Below are positions 17,073 to 29,678 of a stretch of DNA of 64,000 nt, one piece after another. This stretch comes from the human T2T-CHM13v2.0 reference genome, Homo sapiens, in NCBI RefSeq assembly GCF_009914755.1, contig NC_060937.1; one strand, written 5' to 3'. The notes beneath the pieces were generated by a model. The model did not search any database, was not told the DNA's origin, and saw only the letters and a list, made by a program, of their open reading frames with translations. Within the stretch, counting starts at the first letter, position 1. The number at the start of each line of letters is the position of its first letter. Made by a program: the position numbers and the translations under genes.

Positions 17073-17805
17073 CAGGCTATTTTTCAAAGTGACTATCATT
17101 TTTCATTTTCATCAACAATATGCAAGTAATTCCATTTTTTCATATTCTTTCTAGCATTTGGTGTTGTCACTATTATTTATTTTAGCCAATTTGATAGATG
17201 CACAGTGATATCTAATTGTGGTTTTAACTTGCATTTCTCTGATGGCTAATAATGTTGAACATCTTTTCATGTGTTTATTTACTCTCTGTGTGTTCTCGCC
17301 AGTGAAGTGTCTCTCCATGTATTTTGCCAATATTCTGATAGTATTTTTTTTTTTTTTACTGTTTAGTTTTGAGAGTTCTTTATATATTCTAGATAGAAGC
17401 TCTTTGTCAGATATGTGGTTTGCCAATATTTTCTGCCAGTCTGTGACCAGTCTTTTCATCTTTTAATGAGGACTTTCACCAAGTAAATATTTTAAAATTT
17501 GGATAATGTTCAATTTATCATCTTTTTTTATGCATTATGCTTTTGGTATCAGGTCCAAGGAGTCTTTGTGTAGCCCTAATTACTGAAAATTTTGTTTTTT
17601 ATTAAAAGTTTTGTCATTTCACATCTTAAATTTAAATCTATTATTCATTTCAAGTTCATTGTTTGAATAAGTTATAAGACTTAGGCCAAGTTTCTTCATG
17701 TTTTCTTGAACTTATGGCTGTCCATTTGATACAGTAGTTTGTTAAATGGGTCATCTTTCTTCCATTGAATTGCTTTTATACCTCTGTCAAAATCTTTTGG
17801 GCATA

Positions 17806-18192
17806 GGTATTAGTCTGTTCCTGCACTGCTGTAAAGAAATACCTGAGACTGGGTCACTTATAAAGAAAAGAAGTTTAATTGGCTCATGGTTCTGCAGGCT
17901 GTATAGGAAGCATGGCTGCGGAGTCCTCAGGAAACTTTCAATTATGGTGGAAGGTGAAGGGGAAGCAGGCACAATTTCACATGGCCAGAGCAGGAGGAAT
18001 TGGGGGTGGGGGGACGCACATGCTAAACACTGTTAAACAATCAGATCTTATGATGACTTACTATCACAAGAACAGCACCAAAGGGGAAATCCACCCCTAT
18101 AATACAATCACCTCCCACTAGGCCCCACTTCCAACCTGAGGATGACCATTTGACATGAGATTTGGGCAGGGACACAGACCCAAATTATATCA
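17806..18192 (-). mobile_element. MST (MSTA/B) MaLR solo LTR
   Basis: 'tattagtctgttc...aagaaatacctgagactggg'...'caaattatatca'; 5-bp TSD GCATA (17801-17805 / 18193-18197). Confidence 0.85.
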
Positions 18193-19574
18193 GCATAATT
18201 GTGTGAATTTATTTCTGGATTCTCTATTCTCTTCCATTGATCTATTTTCTATCCCTCCATTAAGACCACAGAGTCTTGATTAATGTAGCTATATCATAAG
18301 TCTTAAAACAGAACTGATTCTTCCTGTTTTATTCTTTTTTCAAAATTACTTTAGCTATTCTAGTTCCTTTGCATTTTCACGTAAAATTTAGACTGATCTT
18401 ATGCTATTTATCTACCAAAAACCTTGCTGAATTGTGTGAAACCTGCATATCCATTTGCAGAGAAGCAATATATTTACTATTTTGACTCTTCCAATCCATG
18501 AATAAATGTCTTCATTTATTTATAACATTGATGTCTTACATCAGCATTGTGTGGTTTTTAGTATACAAATCATGTATGTGTCTTGTTAGATTTACACCTA
18601 AGTAATTTTTAAAAGCTAATGTAGAAGTATCATGTTTTAAATTTCAGTATCCATTACTAGTATATAGAAATATAATTAATTTTTACATGTAGATCTTGTA
18701 TCCTGCCACATTGCTAATTTCACTTATTAGTTCTACAAGATTTTTTCTTTTGTAGAATTTGAAATTCTTTCGTCTGTAATAAAGACCATTTTATTTCTTC
18801 TTTTCAGATCTGTATGCCTTTTATTTCCTTTTCTTGCCTTATTACACTGGCTAGAAATTCCAGTTTTATGTCAAACAAGGGTAGTAAAAGTAGATCCTTG
18901 CAATTTAACATTAAGTATAATGTTAGTTGTAGGTTTCTTTTGTAGATGCTCTTTATGAAGTTGAGTAAATTCCCCTCTACTTCTATTTTTCTGAGAGTTT
19001 TAATCATGAATGGGCATTGAATTTTGTCAAATAAGTTGGTCTGCATTGATTTATTTCATTGTGTTGTATTTTTTTCCCTTTGATTAATATAGTGGATTAC
19101 ATCAAATTGATTACATTGAATGATTTTCAAATATTGAATCAGCCTTGCATCACTGGAATAAATCTCTTTTACTTATCATGTATAATTCTCTTTTATATGT
19201 TGCTAAATTCTACTTGCTAATATTTTTCTTAAATTTTTTTTGCATCTGTGTTCATGAGAGATATTGGTCTTCAGTTTTCTTATTCTGCACTGTCTTTGTC
19301 TGGTTTTGGTATATAGAGTAATACTAGCTTCATAAAATGAACTGGGAATCTTCTCTTCTAGATTTTGGAAGATGTTGTGTGGAATAGGTGTTAATTCTTT
19401 AAATGTTTGGTGGAATTCTCCAGTAGAACCAACCATCTGGGACTGAAGAATTCTTGTTTGGTAGTGTTTAAAATTATGGATTTAATTTCTTTAACATTTA
19501 TAGGTCTATTTCAAATTATCTATTTCATATTGGATGGATTATGGTAGTTTTCTCAAGGAAACTACCTTGAGAAA

Positions 19575-19927
19575 GGTTGAGCATCCCTCATCTGAAAATT
19601 TGTAATCTGAAATACCCCAAAATCTGAAACTTTTTGAGTACCAATTTGACACCACAGTGAAAAATTTCATTTCTGACACCTTTGCTTTGTGATGGTTCAA
19701 TGTATACAACTTTGTTTCATGCAAAAATCATTTAAAATATTGTATAAAATTACCTTCAGGCTGTGTGTATAAGGTTTACATAAAAATAAATAAATTTTGT
19801 GTTTAGTCTTGGGTCTCATCCCCAAGATATTTCATTATGTATATGCAAATCTTCCAAAATTGGAAAAAGAAAATCTGAAACCCAAATTTCTGGTCTCAAG
19901 TATTTCAGTTAAGGTATACTCAATCCA
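19575..19927. mobile_element. Tigger4b (MER46/Zombi) MITE
   Basis: TIRs 'ggttgagcatccct' / 'aggtatactcaatc' and internal 'aaaattaccttcaggctgtgtgtataagg'. Confidence 0.85.
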
Positions 19928-20045
19928 TATTCCCTTATTATCTTTTGTTATGTCTGGAGAGTTTTTAGTGATATCATTTGTTTCATTTCTGATATTGGTA
20001 ATTTATCTTCTCTCTCTTTTTCTTTGTTAATAATACTGGAGGTTT

Positions 20046-20309
20046 TTTTTTTCATACCCCAGTGGCACCTGGAACACCAGTGAGACAGAGCCGTTTACTT
20101 CCCCGGAAAGGGGGCTAAAGCCGGGGAGCCAAGCAGTCTGGCTCAGCGGGTCCCACCCCCACGGAGCCCAACAAGCTAAGATCCACTGGCTTGAAATTCT
20201 CCTTGCCAGCACAGCAGTCTGGGGTCAACCTGGGACGCTCGAGCTTGGTCGGGGGAGGGGCGTCCACCATTGCTGAGGCTTGAGTAGGTGGTTTTACCCT
20301 CGCAGTGTA
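20046..20309 (+). mobile_element. Isolated internal fragment of a primate L1 5'UTR (L1PA7/8-like)
   Basis: 'tcataccccagtggcacctggaacaccagtgagacagagccg...aagctaagatccactggcttgaaattctc'; ORF0-like MVDAPPPTKL...DCCAG on the minus strand. Confidence 0.8.
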
Positions 20310-21070
20310 GAGGTTTGTCAATGTTCTTGATCTTTCCAAAGAACCAGCTCTTTGTTCCGTTGATTTTCTATGTTGTTTTTTTGTTTTTAATTCCATTGAC
20401 TTCTGCTTTTTATCATTTCCTTTCTTCCACCTGTTTTGGGTTTATTTTGTTCTTCTTTTATCAGGTCACTGAGATGGAATGTTATAGTATTGATTTGAGA
20501 ATTTTCTCTTGATTCACTTATGCTTTTAGTGTTATAGATTTCCCTCTCATCACTGCTTTAGCTGTGCCACACAAATTTTGACATGTTGTATTTTCATTTT
20601 TATTCAGTCCAGTATATTTTGTGATTTCTTCATGCTTCTGACCTTTGTGATTTCTGATGGGCAATCTACTGTCATTTGAATTATTTTTCCCCCATTAGTG
20701 AGGTGTCATTTTTTCCTAGCTGCTTTCAGTATTTTTTCCTTGTCTATAGTTTTCAGAAGTTTAATCACTATGTGTCTTTTCATGCATTTCTTTGGGTTTT
20801 GTCCTGTTTGGGCTTTCCCCAGCCTCTTGAATCTATAGACTTACATTTTCTGCCAAATTTGGGCAGTATTTAGTCACTATGTCTTTGAGTACTTTTTAAA
20901 GTATAAATTATTACTTTTTAAAGTACTTAGAGAAATCTTATTTTTCTTCTCCGCCAGAACTAGGATGACACAAATGTTAGATCTTTTGTTACAGTTCACC
21001 ATGTCTTTCAGGCTCTTTTCATTTATTTTTTAGTTTATTTTCTCTCTGTTGTTTAGATTAGGTAATTTCT

Positions 21071-21387
21071 TTTTTTCCTTTTTTTTTTTTTTTTTTTTTT
21101 TTGGTTTTGAGACAGTCTCACTCTGTTGCCCAGGCTAGAGTGCAGTGGCGAGATCTCTGCTCACTGCAACCTCTGCCTCCAGGGTTCAATGATTCTTCTG
21201 CCTCAGCTTCCCGAGTAGCTGGGATTACAGGTGCCTGCCACCATGCCTGGCTAATTTTTTTGTATTTTTAGTAGAGATGGGGTTTCACCATGTTGGTCAG
21301 GCTGGTCTTGAACTCCTGAGCTCGTGATCCGCCTGCCTTGGCCTCCCAAAGTGCTGGGATTACAGGCGTGAGACACCATACCCTGCC
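21071..21387 (-). mobile_element. AluS
   Basis: Full Alu; TSD agattaggtaatttct (21055 / 21388). Confidence 0.92.
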
Positions 21388-21711
21388 AGATTAGGTAATT
21401 TCTTTTGCTCTGTCTTCCAGTTTATTGATTCTTTCTTTTGTCCCCTCCATTCTACTGTTGCACTCATTTTTTTTCAGTTATTGTATTTTTAAGTTATAAA
21501 GTTCCCCTTTGGTTCCTTTTTACATTTTTTATTTCTTTTCTGGGACTTTCTATTTTTCATTTGTTTCAAGAGTGTTTATACAGTTCATTTAAGTGTTTTT
21601 ATGATGGCTAATTTAAAATCTATTATTAAAAAAGATTTTAATAATATTTAACATCTGTGTCATCTCACTGTTGGCATTATTGTTAGTATTTTTAGTTAAG
21701 TTTAAGGTCTT

Positions 21712-21932
21712 ATTTTTATTTTTCATTTTTTTATGAGATGAGCTCTTGCACTCTCACCTAGACTGGAGTGCAGTGGTACAATCATGGCTCACTGTAGCCT
21801 CAATCACCTGGGCTCAAGCTATCCTTTTGTGTCAGCCTCCCAAGTAGCTAGGACTGCAGGTGCATACCACCACACCTAATTTTTTTATTTTTATTTTTTT
21901 GTAGAGATAGGTTCTTGCTACATTGCTCAGGT
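21712..21932 (-). mobile_element. AluJ, 5'-truncated
   Basis: 'atcatggctcactgtagcctcaa...ctgggctcaag' J-type diagnostics. Confidence 0.8.
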
Positions 21933-23144
21933 CTTTGTGTTATGATGAGTGATTTTCAAATAAAATCTTAACCTTTTTATATTTTTTAAATGAGACTCTG
22001 GATCTTATCTAAGCATTTTACTTTAAGTATCTTTCTCTGTCAGGAAAAGGGGAGGGAATCTCTTTGTTACTGCCTGGTGGAGGTAGAAGTCCAAGTTTCC
22101 CACCAGCCTCTTTTGACACCTGGGGAAAAGAGGTGCTTCACATTACTGCTGAAACGGTGGGACTTATGGTTCCCCCTGTGGTCTCTGTTGACACTGCAGT
22201 AGAGATAGCCTTATTATTACTAGTTAATGGTGAAAGCCCCCACTATCCTCTGGGCCTTTTCTGATACCACTCCAGCAGGGACAGGGAGTGGTGCCTCATT
22301 ACCGCTGAATGGGGGTGGAACTACAGACTCTCAAATGGTTTCCAGCGTTACTATGAGGAGAGGGGATTTATAACCAGTCAGCAGGAATGGATGTCCTGGC
22401 TTGTTACTTGGCCTTCTCAAACAGCCCTCTGGTGGGGGTTTTGGGCCATCTAGCTATAGTGATGTGTGATTGAAAGTCTCAGCTCCTAAATCAGCCTTTG
22501 CAGGCACGAGTGAGTTTGGGGCCACAGTCTTAACTGTGGTGCTTCGCTCTTATTGTCTAAAAGCTTTCTGCCTTGCTAGACTGTCCTTTTTCTGTCTTTG
22601 GCTAGAGAGAGCAGGTTTTTGTTGTGGTTTTTTTGTTTGTTTGAGCCCACTGGCATTCCAATATTATTGGCTTCTTCAGCTCTAAGTCTGGGATATATGA
22701 GGCTAAAAGAAAATTTAGGAAACTCATCCCCATTTCTTTTCCTATGTCCCAAAATCTCTTGTTGGTCTGTCTTCTCTCTACCTTTCAGTGTCTTCTTGTA
22801 TTTGTTTTATCTGTAAAGCTCAGGGTTTTAAAATTGTGTTTAACAGGACAAATAGGAAAAATACATCTACTCTATTTTCCAAGAAGCAGAAATTCAACAC
22901 ATTCCATTTTAAGATGAGGAAACTAAAACCTTGGGTAAGGATCTGCAGCTACTAGTGGCATGACAGAATTAGAAACCTACTTTTGCAGCACTTCATTCAG
23001 TGCTCTCATCATTGTAACAGTGAAATTTGGGTATCTTCTTGATACTGAAAGGATGTGTACCTGTGATGATGTAACAAGAGACAGTGTCATAAAAACACTG
23101 TAGGGACTGCCACTGACTCTCGGCAACTTTTTTTCTTTACTCTG

Positions 23145-23769
23145 TGAAGCAGTGTCATTCATCTGGGGTAATACCCAAGGTTCGTTGTCTCATACCGAGG
23201 AAATCAAGGACATGACACACCATAGTGAGATCAAGAGCAGAAGTTTAATAGGCAAAAGAAAGAGAAGAGCTCTCTGTGCAGAGCAGGGTCCTGGAGAAAA
23301 ATGGGTTGCCAGTTCCCTGGTGAAATGCATGGGGTTTTATAGATGAGCTTGAGGAGGCAGTGTCTAATTTACATAGGGCCCAAAAGATTGGTCAGACCAG
23401 GTGTGTCATTTACATAGCACGTAAAGAAGCTGGCTGCTCCACGCTGATCTTTTATTATGCAGATGGGTTCTCTGCCCGGCCGGCGTCATGTTGCCTGTTC
23501 CTTTACTGTACAGGTGGTTGACAAAAGGAAAGATGGAGCCTCCATGTTGAACATGCCTGGCCCCCAGGTAGCCTTTTCCTATTGACACAGCTGCTGGAAT
23601 TCACCCGTGCAAGCTTCCAGCTTGCTTATCTATGTCTGCAGCTCGATTTTACAGCTGTTCTTTGTTAGAAAAGAAATTAGTTGGGGGCTGCTTTTTGTTA
23701 AAAGGGAAGCCTTACTGAGGACTCTCTTACCCTAACTGCCTAAATAATTTCTTTTTACTTCCTGTATCA
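23145..23769 (-). mobile_element. ERV1 (MER4-group, PABL_A-like) solo LTR
   Basis: TG...CA termini (minus start TGATACAGGA); 4-bp TSD TCTG at 23141-23144 and 23770-23773. Confidence 0.8.
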
Positions 23770-25163
23770 TCTGTACTCTTTAAGAACCTCTGCACAGTTT
23801 TAGCAGCCTCACCATGTTGCCTGTCTCCGATGATGGGTCCAGAGTTTCCATATATGAGCAGTTTGGAGGCAGGAATGTGAATTTAAAAGAGGGCTGTGAA
23901 CTTATAGCTATAGCCTAGCAAATGCTCTGTTTTTACTTAATTATATATTTATAGGAGGTAGAGTGGGAGATGGCTGATGGAAATAGGAAGTGTTAAATTG
24001 CCTCAAGTCATCCAACCACCTGCCTTATGTATTTTTAAAATTTTATTTTATTATGGCGAGAACACTTAATATGAAATCACCCTCTTAAATTTTTAAGTTG
24101 TATAATACAGTATTGTTGACTATAAGTACAATGTTATACAGCAGATTTCTAGAAATTCATCTTGCTTAACTGAAACTTTGTTTGTTGATTACTAATTTTC
24201 CATTCCCCCCTTCCCCCAGTCCCTGGAAACCACTGTTCTACTCTTTGATTCTATGAATTTAACTATTTTAGATACCTCATATAAGTGGAATCATGCAGTA
24301 TTGTTTTTTTGTGACCGAAATATTTCACTTAACATAACGTCTTCCGGGTTCATCGATGTTGTTGCAAGTGACAGGATATCCTTCTTTTTAAAGGCCAAAT
24401 AATACTCCATTATGTGTATATACAACATTTTCTTTATCCATTCAGACAGATTTGTTTTCATGTCTTGGCTGTTGTAAATAGTGTGTCAATTAACATGGAA
24501 GTACTAATATATCTTTGAGATCCTGATTTCAGTTATTTGGGACAAATGTTCCAATGTGGAATTGCTGGATGATATGATAAATATATTTTTAATTTTTTGA
24601 GGGACATCCATAGTGTTTTCCATTGCAGCTGTAGCATTCTGCAGTCCCAACAATAGTATGCAAGGGTTTCAACTTCCCCACATCCTTACCAACTCTTCTA
24701 CAATTTTCCAATTTATATGGAACTACAAAAGACTATAGCTAACTAAATCAATCTTGAGAAAGAGGAACCAAGGTGGAGTCTTCACACTTTCTGATTTTAA
24801 ATATATTACAAAGCTAAAGTAATCAAAACAGTATAGTACTCAAGTAAAAGCAGACATATAAACCAATGGAACAAAATAGAGACTCCAGAAATAAATCCAT
24901 ACATATATGGTCAACTCTTCTTTGAAAAGGGTACCAAGAAGACACAGTAGGGAAAGAATAGTCTCTTTGAGACTAGTAAATGATGTGGGAAAACAAGATA
25001 TCTGCATGCAAAAGAATGAAATAAGACCTTTGTTTTGTGCTGTACACAAAAATCAATGGAAATGGATTAAAGACTTAAGTGTAAGACCTGAAACTATAAA
25101 ACCCCTACAAGGACACATAGGAGAAAAGCTTCTTGACATTGGTCTCAACAATGATTTCATGGA

Positions 25164-25865
<702 letters not shown>

Positions 25866-27439
25866 ATGGATAGGACACCAAAAAGCAAAGGCAACAAAAA
25901 CAAAAATAAACAAATAGGACTACATGGAACTAAAAAGCTTCTGCACAGCAAAGGAATCAACAGAGTGAAAAGCCAACCAATAGAATCAGAGAAAATATTT
26001 GCAAACCATATATCTGATATAAGGGGCTAATCTCCAAAATATTAAGAAACTCCTACATCTTAGTAGCAAAGAAACTAATAACATGATTTAAAAATGGGTT
26101 AAGGACTTGAATAGACATTTCTCCAAACAGTACATACAAATGTCCAAAAGGCATATGAAAAAATGCTCCTCATCAGTAATCAAGAAGTGCAAATCAAAAC
26201 CTCAATGAGATATCACTTGTCTTGTTTTAAGCTATAATGATAACAATATGCTGATATGATAGCCTCTGTTCGTTTTAATTAATTAATTTAGGAGGAAGAC
26301 GGGATATTTAGGTTAACATAAATTGGAGGTTATCTTTGACATCTGAAGATTAAAGAACACCTTAATGAGTAAATTTGCTTATTTTGCCCCTACTGTTGGC
26401 ATCAGGTACACATCTATATCCACATAAAAGCAGAATCTGTCACTTCTGAGTTCCGCTTATCCTTGCATAAGTCTCAAGTATCAAAATTGATTTTTGAAAA
26501 TGTTAATTTGAAAAACAGCAGAGGTAAGATTCAAGGATGCTTGCTCTTAGAAAAGGATTATTTATTAAAGGAAAGACTTGTCTTTTGAAAATTATTATCA
26601 TAATTATCACTAAGAACCCAATTCTATATTTCTTATTAAGGCAAAATCCCTATTAGGCTAACACAAGAAGGATGTTGATTGCAGTAGGATATCTGTCTGA
26701 GTGGGGCTAAGTAATCAGCTTTGAAATGTCACTCAGAGGGAATTAGCAGGGCACAGGCTATTTTCTGGCAGATCTCAATACATTTTTTTTTAATTGTCAA
26801 GGATTTGACATTGGCCTTGCATAGGTTATTATTTTGTATAACTCCAGAAGCAATATTTAGGACTCAAAAAATTATATTGGAACAAAGAAAATAGCATAGA
26901 AGTCCAAGGAGCCACATCAACTCACTGACTATGTTGAGAGTCACTGAATCATGTACTCCTAAAGTCATTTGGTCCCAACCCACACTGGTGAATAATTCTT
27001 TTCTGCAGTCACCTTGCTACAGTGTTTTTCCATCTCATGCCAGGAAAATTGGAGACCTGCAATGACAGGACAGGCCATTTCAGTCTCTGTGTGCTGACTT
27101 CCTTGTCTTCATTTGTAGGTCTTGACTCTATTCCTTGGGGTCATGCAAGGGTTTTGTGAGTAAATAATGAGAATGCAGTTTAGCCTAAATCATTTAAAAA
27201 CATTAAAAACCTTAATACAATAGGCACTTGACATTTTGAAAGGTTACATGACAAAACTTTTAATATTCTCCAGACATGAAAATGTTGCTATAGAGCATAA
27301 TTGCTTCCCTAAAGTGTATCAAGTTCTAAGTAGCAAACTACAGCCACCCACCACTGTTTCCACATGCTAAGAAGTTGACTAGTTTTATTCACTCCCTAAG
27401 AATTTGATAAAACACTTTATCTCTGTAATTTCCACAGCT

Positions 27440-27690
27440 TATTCATTTCTTCATTCCTTTACTCATTCTACAGAAATGTTTGAAGGCCTAGTCTGTGACA
27501 GGTACTGTACTAAGCTCTAGGTATTTTGGGGAATAAAACAAATGTAATCCTTGCCCTTAGAGTGTTAACAGTCTAGAAAGAGTATCAAAACAAGAACAGA
27601 ATAGACAAGTAAATAAATATAAATTACGCTAAGTGCACCGAAGGAAACAAACACATAATACATAGTATTACGTATTGCAGAGGAAGACCT
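27440..27690 (-). mobile_element. L2 LINE 3' fragment (continues at ~30410-31430)
   Basis: 'attcatt...tgtgacaggtactgtactaagctctagg...ccttgcccttagag...tctag' L2 3' motifs. Confidence 0.65.
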
Positions 27691-27866
27691 CTATTTTTAT
27701 TTATTTATTTAGAGATGAGGGTCTCGCTATATTGTCCAGGCTAGAGTGCAGTGGCTATTCACAGGCACAGTCACCACGTGATATAGCTCAGATCTCCTCC
27801 ACTCAAGCAATCCTACTGCCTCCGCCTCCTGAGTAGCTGGACTACGGGCATGTGCCACTGTAATGC

Positions 27867-28304
27867 CTAATGTTCTTGCCTAGCCACGCCAAAGAATTGG
27901 TGTGGCGGCTGACTGCGGCGAGTGATAGAGACACAGACTGAGGAGAGTGGGGCTGAGGGAAGAGGCCCTGAGTATGGAGGCAATTGTGGGCCTTTGTCAT
28001 TTGGGCAAAGCTTGCAGGCTTGGCACAGGGCAGTATTGTCACAAAGGGCAAAGAAAGCCTGTGCATAAGGGACTTCACTCCATTTACCTTCCTTTTTACA
28101 GAAAAGATCTAGTTGTAGAATGGTGTTATAATTAATACTTCCCTCAGGGGGCCAAGTTTCTCCATTTTGTAAGGAGTACTGTGGCCAGGCATTGGTACAG
28201 AAGAAAATCAGCCGCTTCTTTTTTAAGGTTTCAGGGTTGAATTTGTTCCAGTAATTCAGGATACATCTTAAGGGAGTGTCCAGTTTTGAAGGTGTGATGC
28301 CCAT
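27867..28304 (-). CDS. gag: Truncated Gag (matrix domain) ORF, 145 aa, running into the 3' LTR U5
   Basis: [36 protein letters not shown]...[19 protein letters not shown]...EVPY matches HERV-W/ERV9-type matrix; open from ATG to stop. Confidence 0.75.
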
Positions 28305-28442
28305 CTGGAATTTTAAACACAGGGACGCCCGCACCCCTGGTTAGTCCTGGGACTTGTCTTCCCTTAGGGTATTCCCTAAGGGTCAGGTCCAATTGTGCTC
28401 AAAGCTCATGGCCACTTTTCCTGAGCTCTCCATCTACAGCAT

Positions 28443-29324
28443 TTAACCATGCTTACCAGCAGGGTGGAAACTTCCCTTGCCCCTGCCATGGGCCCATTGA
28501 CCACTAAATGGAGCACAAGGATTGTTGGATTTATGGTGGTCCTTCTGCCAACACATCCTACCTGTTCCAGGGTGGCAAGGCTTGGGTCAGGGGCACCACT
28601 GATGCTTGCATACTAAGGCCCAATTTATGTGGGCCTGGCCATAAAACCGTCTTTCAAGGAGAAATCTCTGAATTAGCCACAGGAGGCTTAGTAAGCTTAA
28701 AGGAGGTAGTGGATGTCCTCTAGGCCAGGGCCAAGAGAACAGCTGCTGTACTTTAGCCTTCTGTCCCCATTTGCCATCAAAGGAGTAAGCCCCCCTCTCA
28801 AGGCGGTACCAGTATCCTGTGTCCCAGTTGACCATATTTTCTTCCATCCAATACCAATTATTGAATGGTTGAAACAACAATTCAACGGCTCTAAGACCTG
28901 TGCCTATGCACCACAGATTGTACTTGAGAGGCACCAAGGAAGGGGAAAATTTATCTGGGGAGCAATGGAGGAAATGCCCTAAGGCTTCTATTATCCACAT
29001 GAAAATTACAGACCTGCCTTTAAATTGTCCTGATGTGGGGGACCATACACCATGGTGGGGAACTGGCCCTTCAAAATAGCCATCAAATGGCGACATCTGC
29101 CTAAACCCTGGAGGGAACCATGAACAGGGATCTTTTGGGCACCACCTGAAGAATTAAAGACTTCTAAATAGGGAATCTTGATCCTGCCTAGCGGGAATAA
29201 CCTTGCTTATGAGATTAGGAAAGAAGTCTAACTGGCGGACATTAGGACCCAGGAGGCAGGAGTCAGAAGATGTGGCTGTCTCACGCTCAGTAACCTGTGC
29301 AGGGGGAGCCTCTGGTGGGGCCAT
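28443..29324 (-). pseudogene. Pre-gag leader ORF (293 codons from ATG 29324, two internal stops)
   Basis: ORFs 29154-29501 and 28587-29096 share a frame; hand translation links them across single TAA (29154) and TGA (28587) codons and continues to TAA at 28443. Confidence 0.65.
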
Positions 29325-29617
29325 GGTCTCAACCAGGATATCCGGGAGACTAAGACGTCTGCTGAGCACTCCCGGTGTACCTTGGGACCACCACAGAAAG
29401 CAAAAGAGTTGGAACTGGTTCCAGGCCAACCGGCCAACCAACGCTCCCAAACCCGAAGGGTCAGGGGTTGTCAGAGAGCCCTTTTCCGGACAGCCTGACA
29501 CCTGTGTCTTTAGTCCGGTGGCCGTGCTAATCGCCTTTAAGTGGCCAACAGGTGCCCGGTTTAGCCTCCGAATTCTAAGGAAGGACAGGACAGAATAGCA
29601 AGTGAAAGAGGTCCGAT

Positions 29618-29630
29618 CATACTCACCATG
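29618..29630 (-). promoter_or_regulatory. Retroviral major splice donor candidate
   Basis: ATG|GTGAGT on the minus strand ~30 nt downstream of the PBS. Confidence 0.6.
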
Positions 29631-29657
29631 TGACGATCTAGATGCCTTTCCTGGAGA

Positions 29658-29675
29658 CTCCTGGCTGGCTCGCCA
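29658..29675 (-). promoter_or_regulatory. Primer binding site complementary to the tRNA-Arg(ACG) 3' end
   Basis: TGGCGAGCCAGCCAGGAG, 3 nt after the LTR ...CA end. Confidence 0.88.
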
Positions 29676-29678
29676 AAA

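Larger units (their letters stand above)
16630..22890 (-). mobile_element. Old L1M element(s), fragmented by later insertions
   Basis: Degenerate minus-strand ORF2 peptides (17151-17459, 18804-19046, 19203-19436) followed by L1M ORF1/5'-like sequence. Confidence 0.75.

Noticed and set aside
16780-17154. Pro/Ser-rich and Arg/Gly/Glu-rich ORFs
   Set aside because: Translation artefacts of the CCCCT/CTTT simple repeat.
29658-29675. tRNA-Arg 3' end match as a tRNA gene
   Set aside because: Only 18 nt including CCA and adjacent to an LTR; it is the primer binding site.
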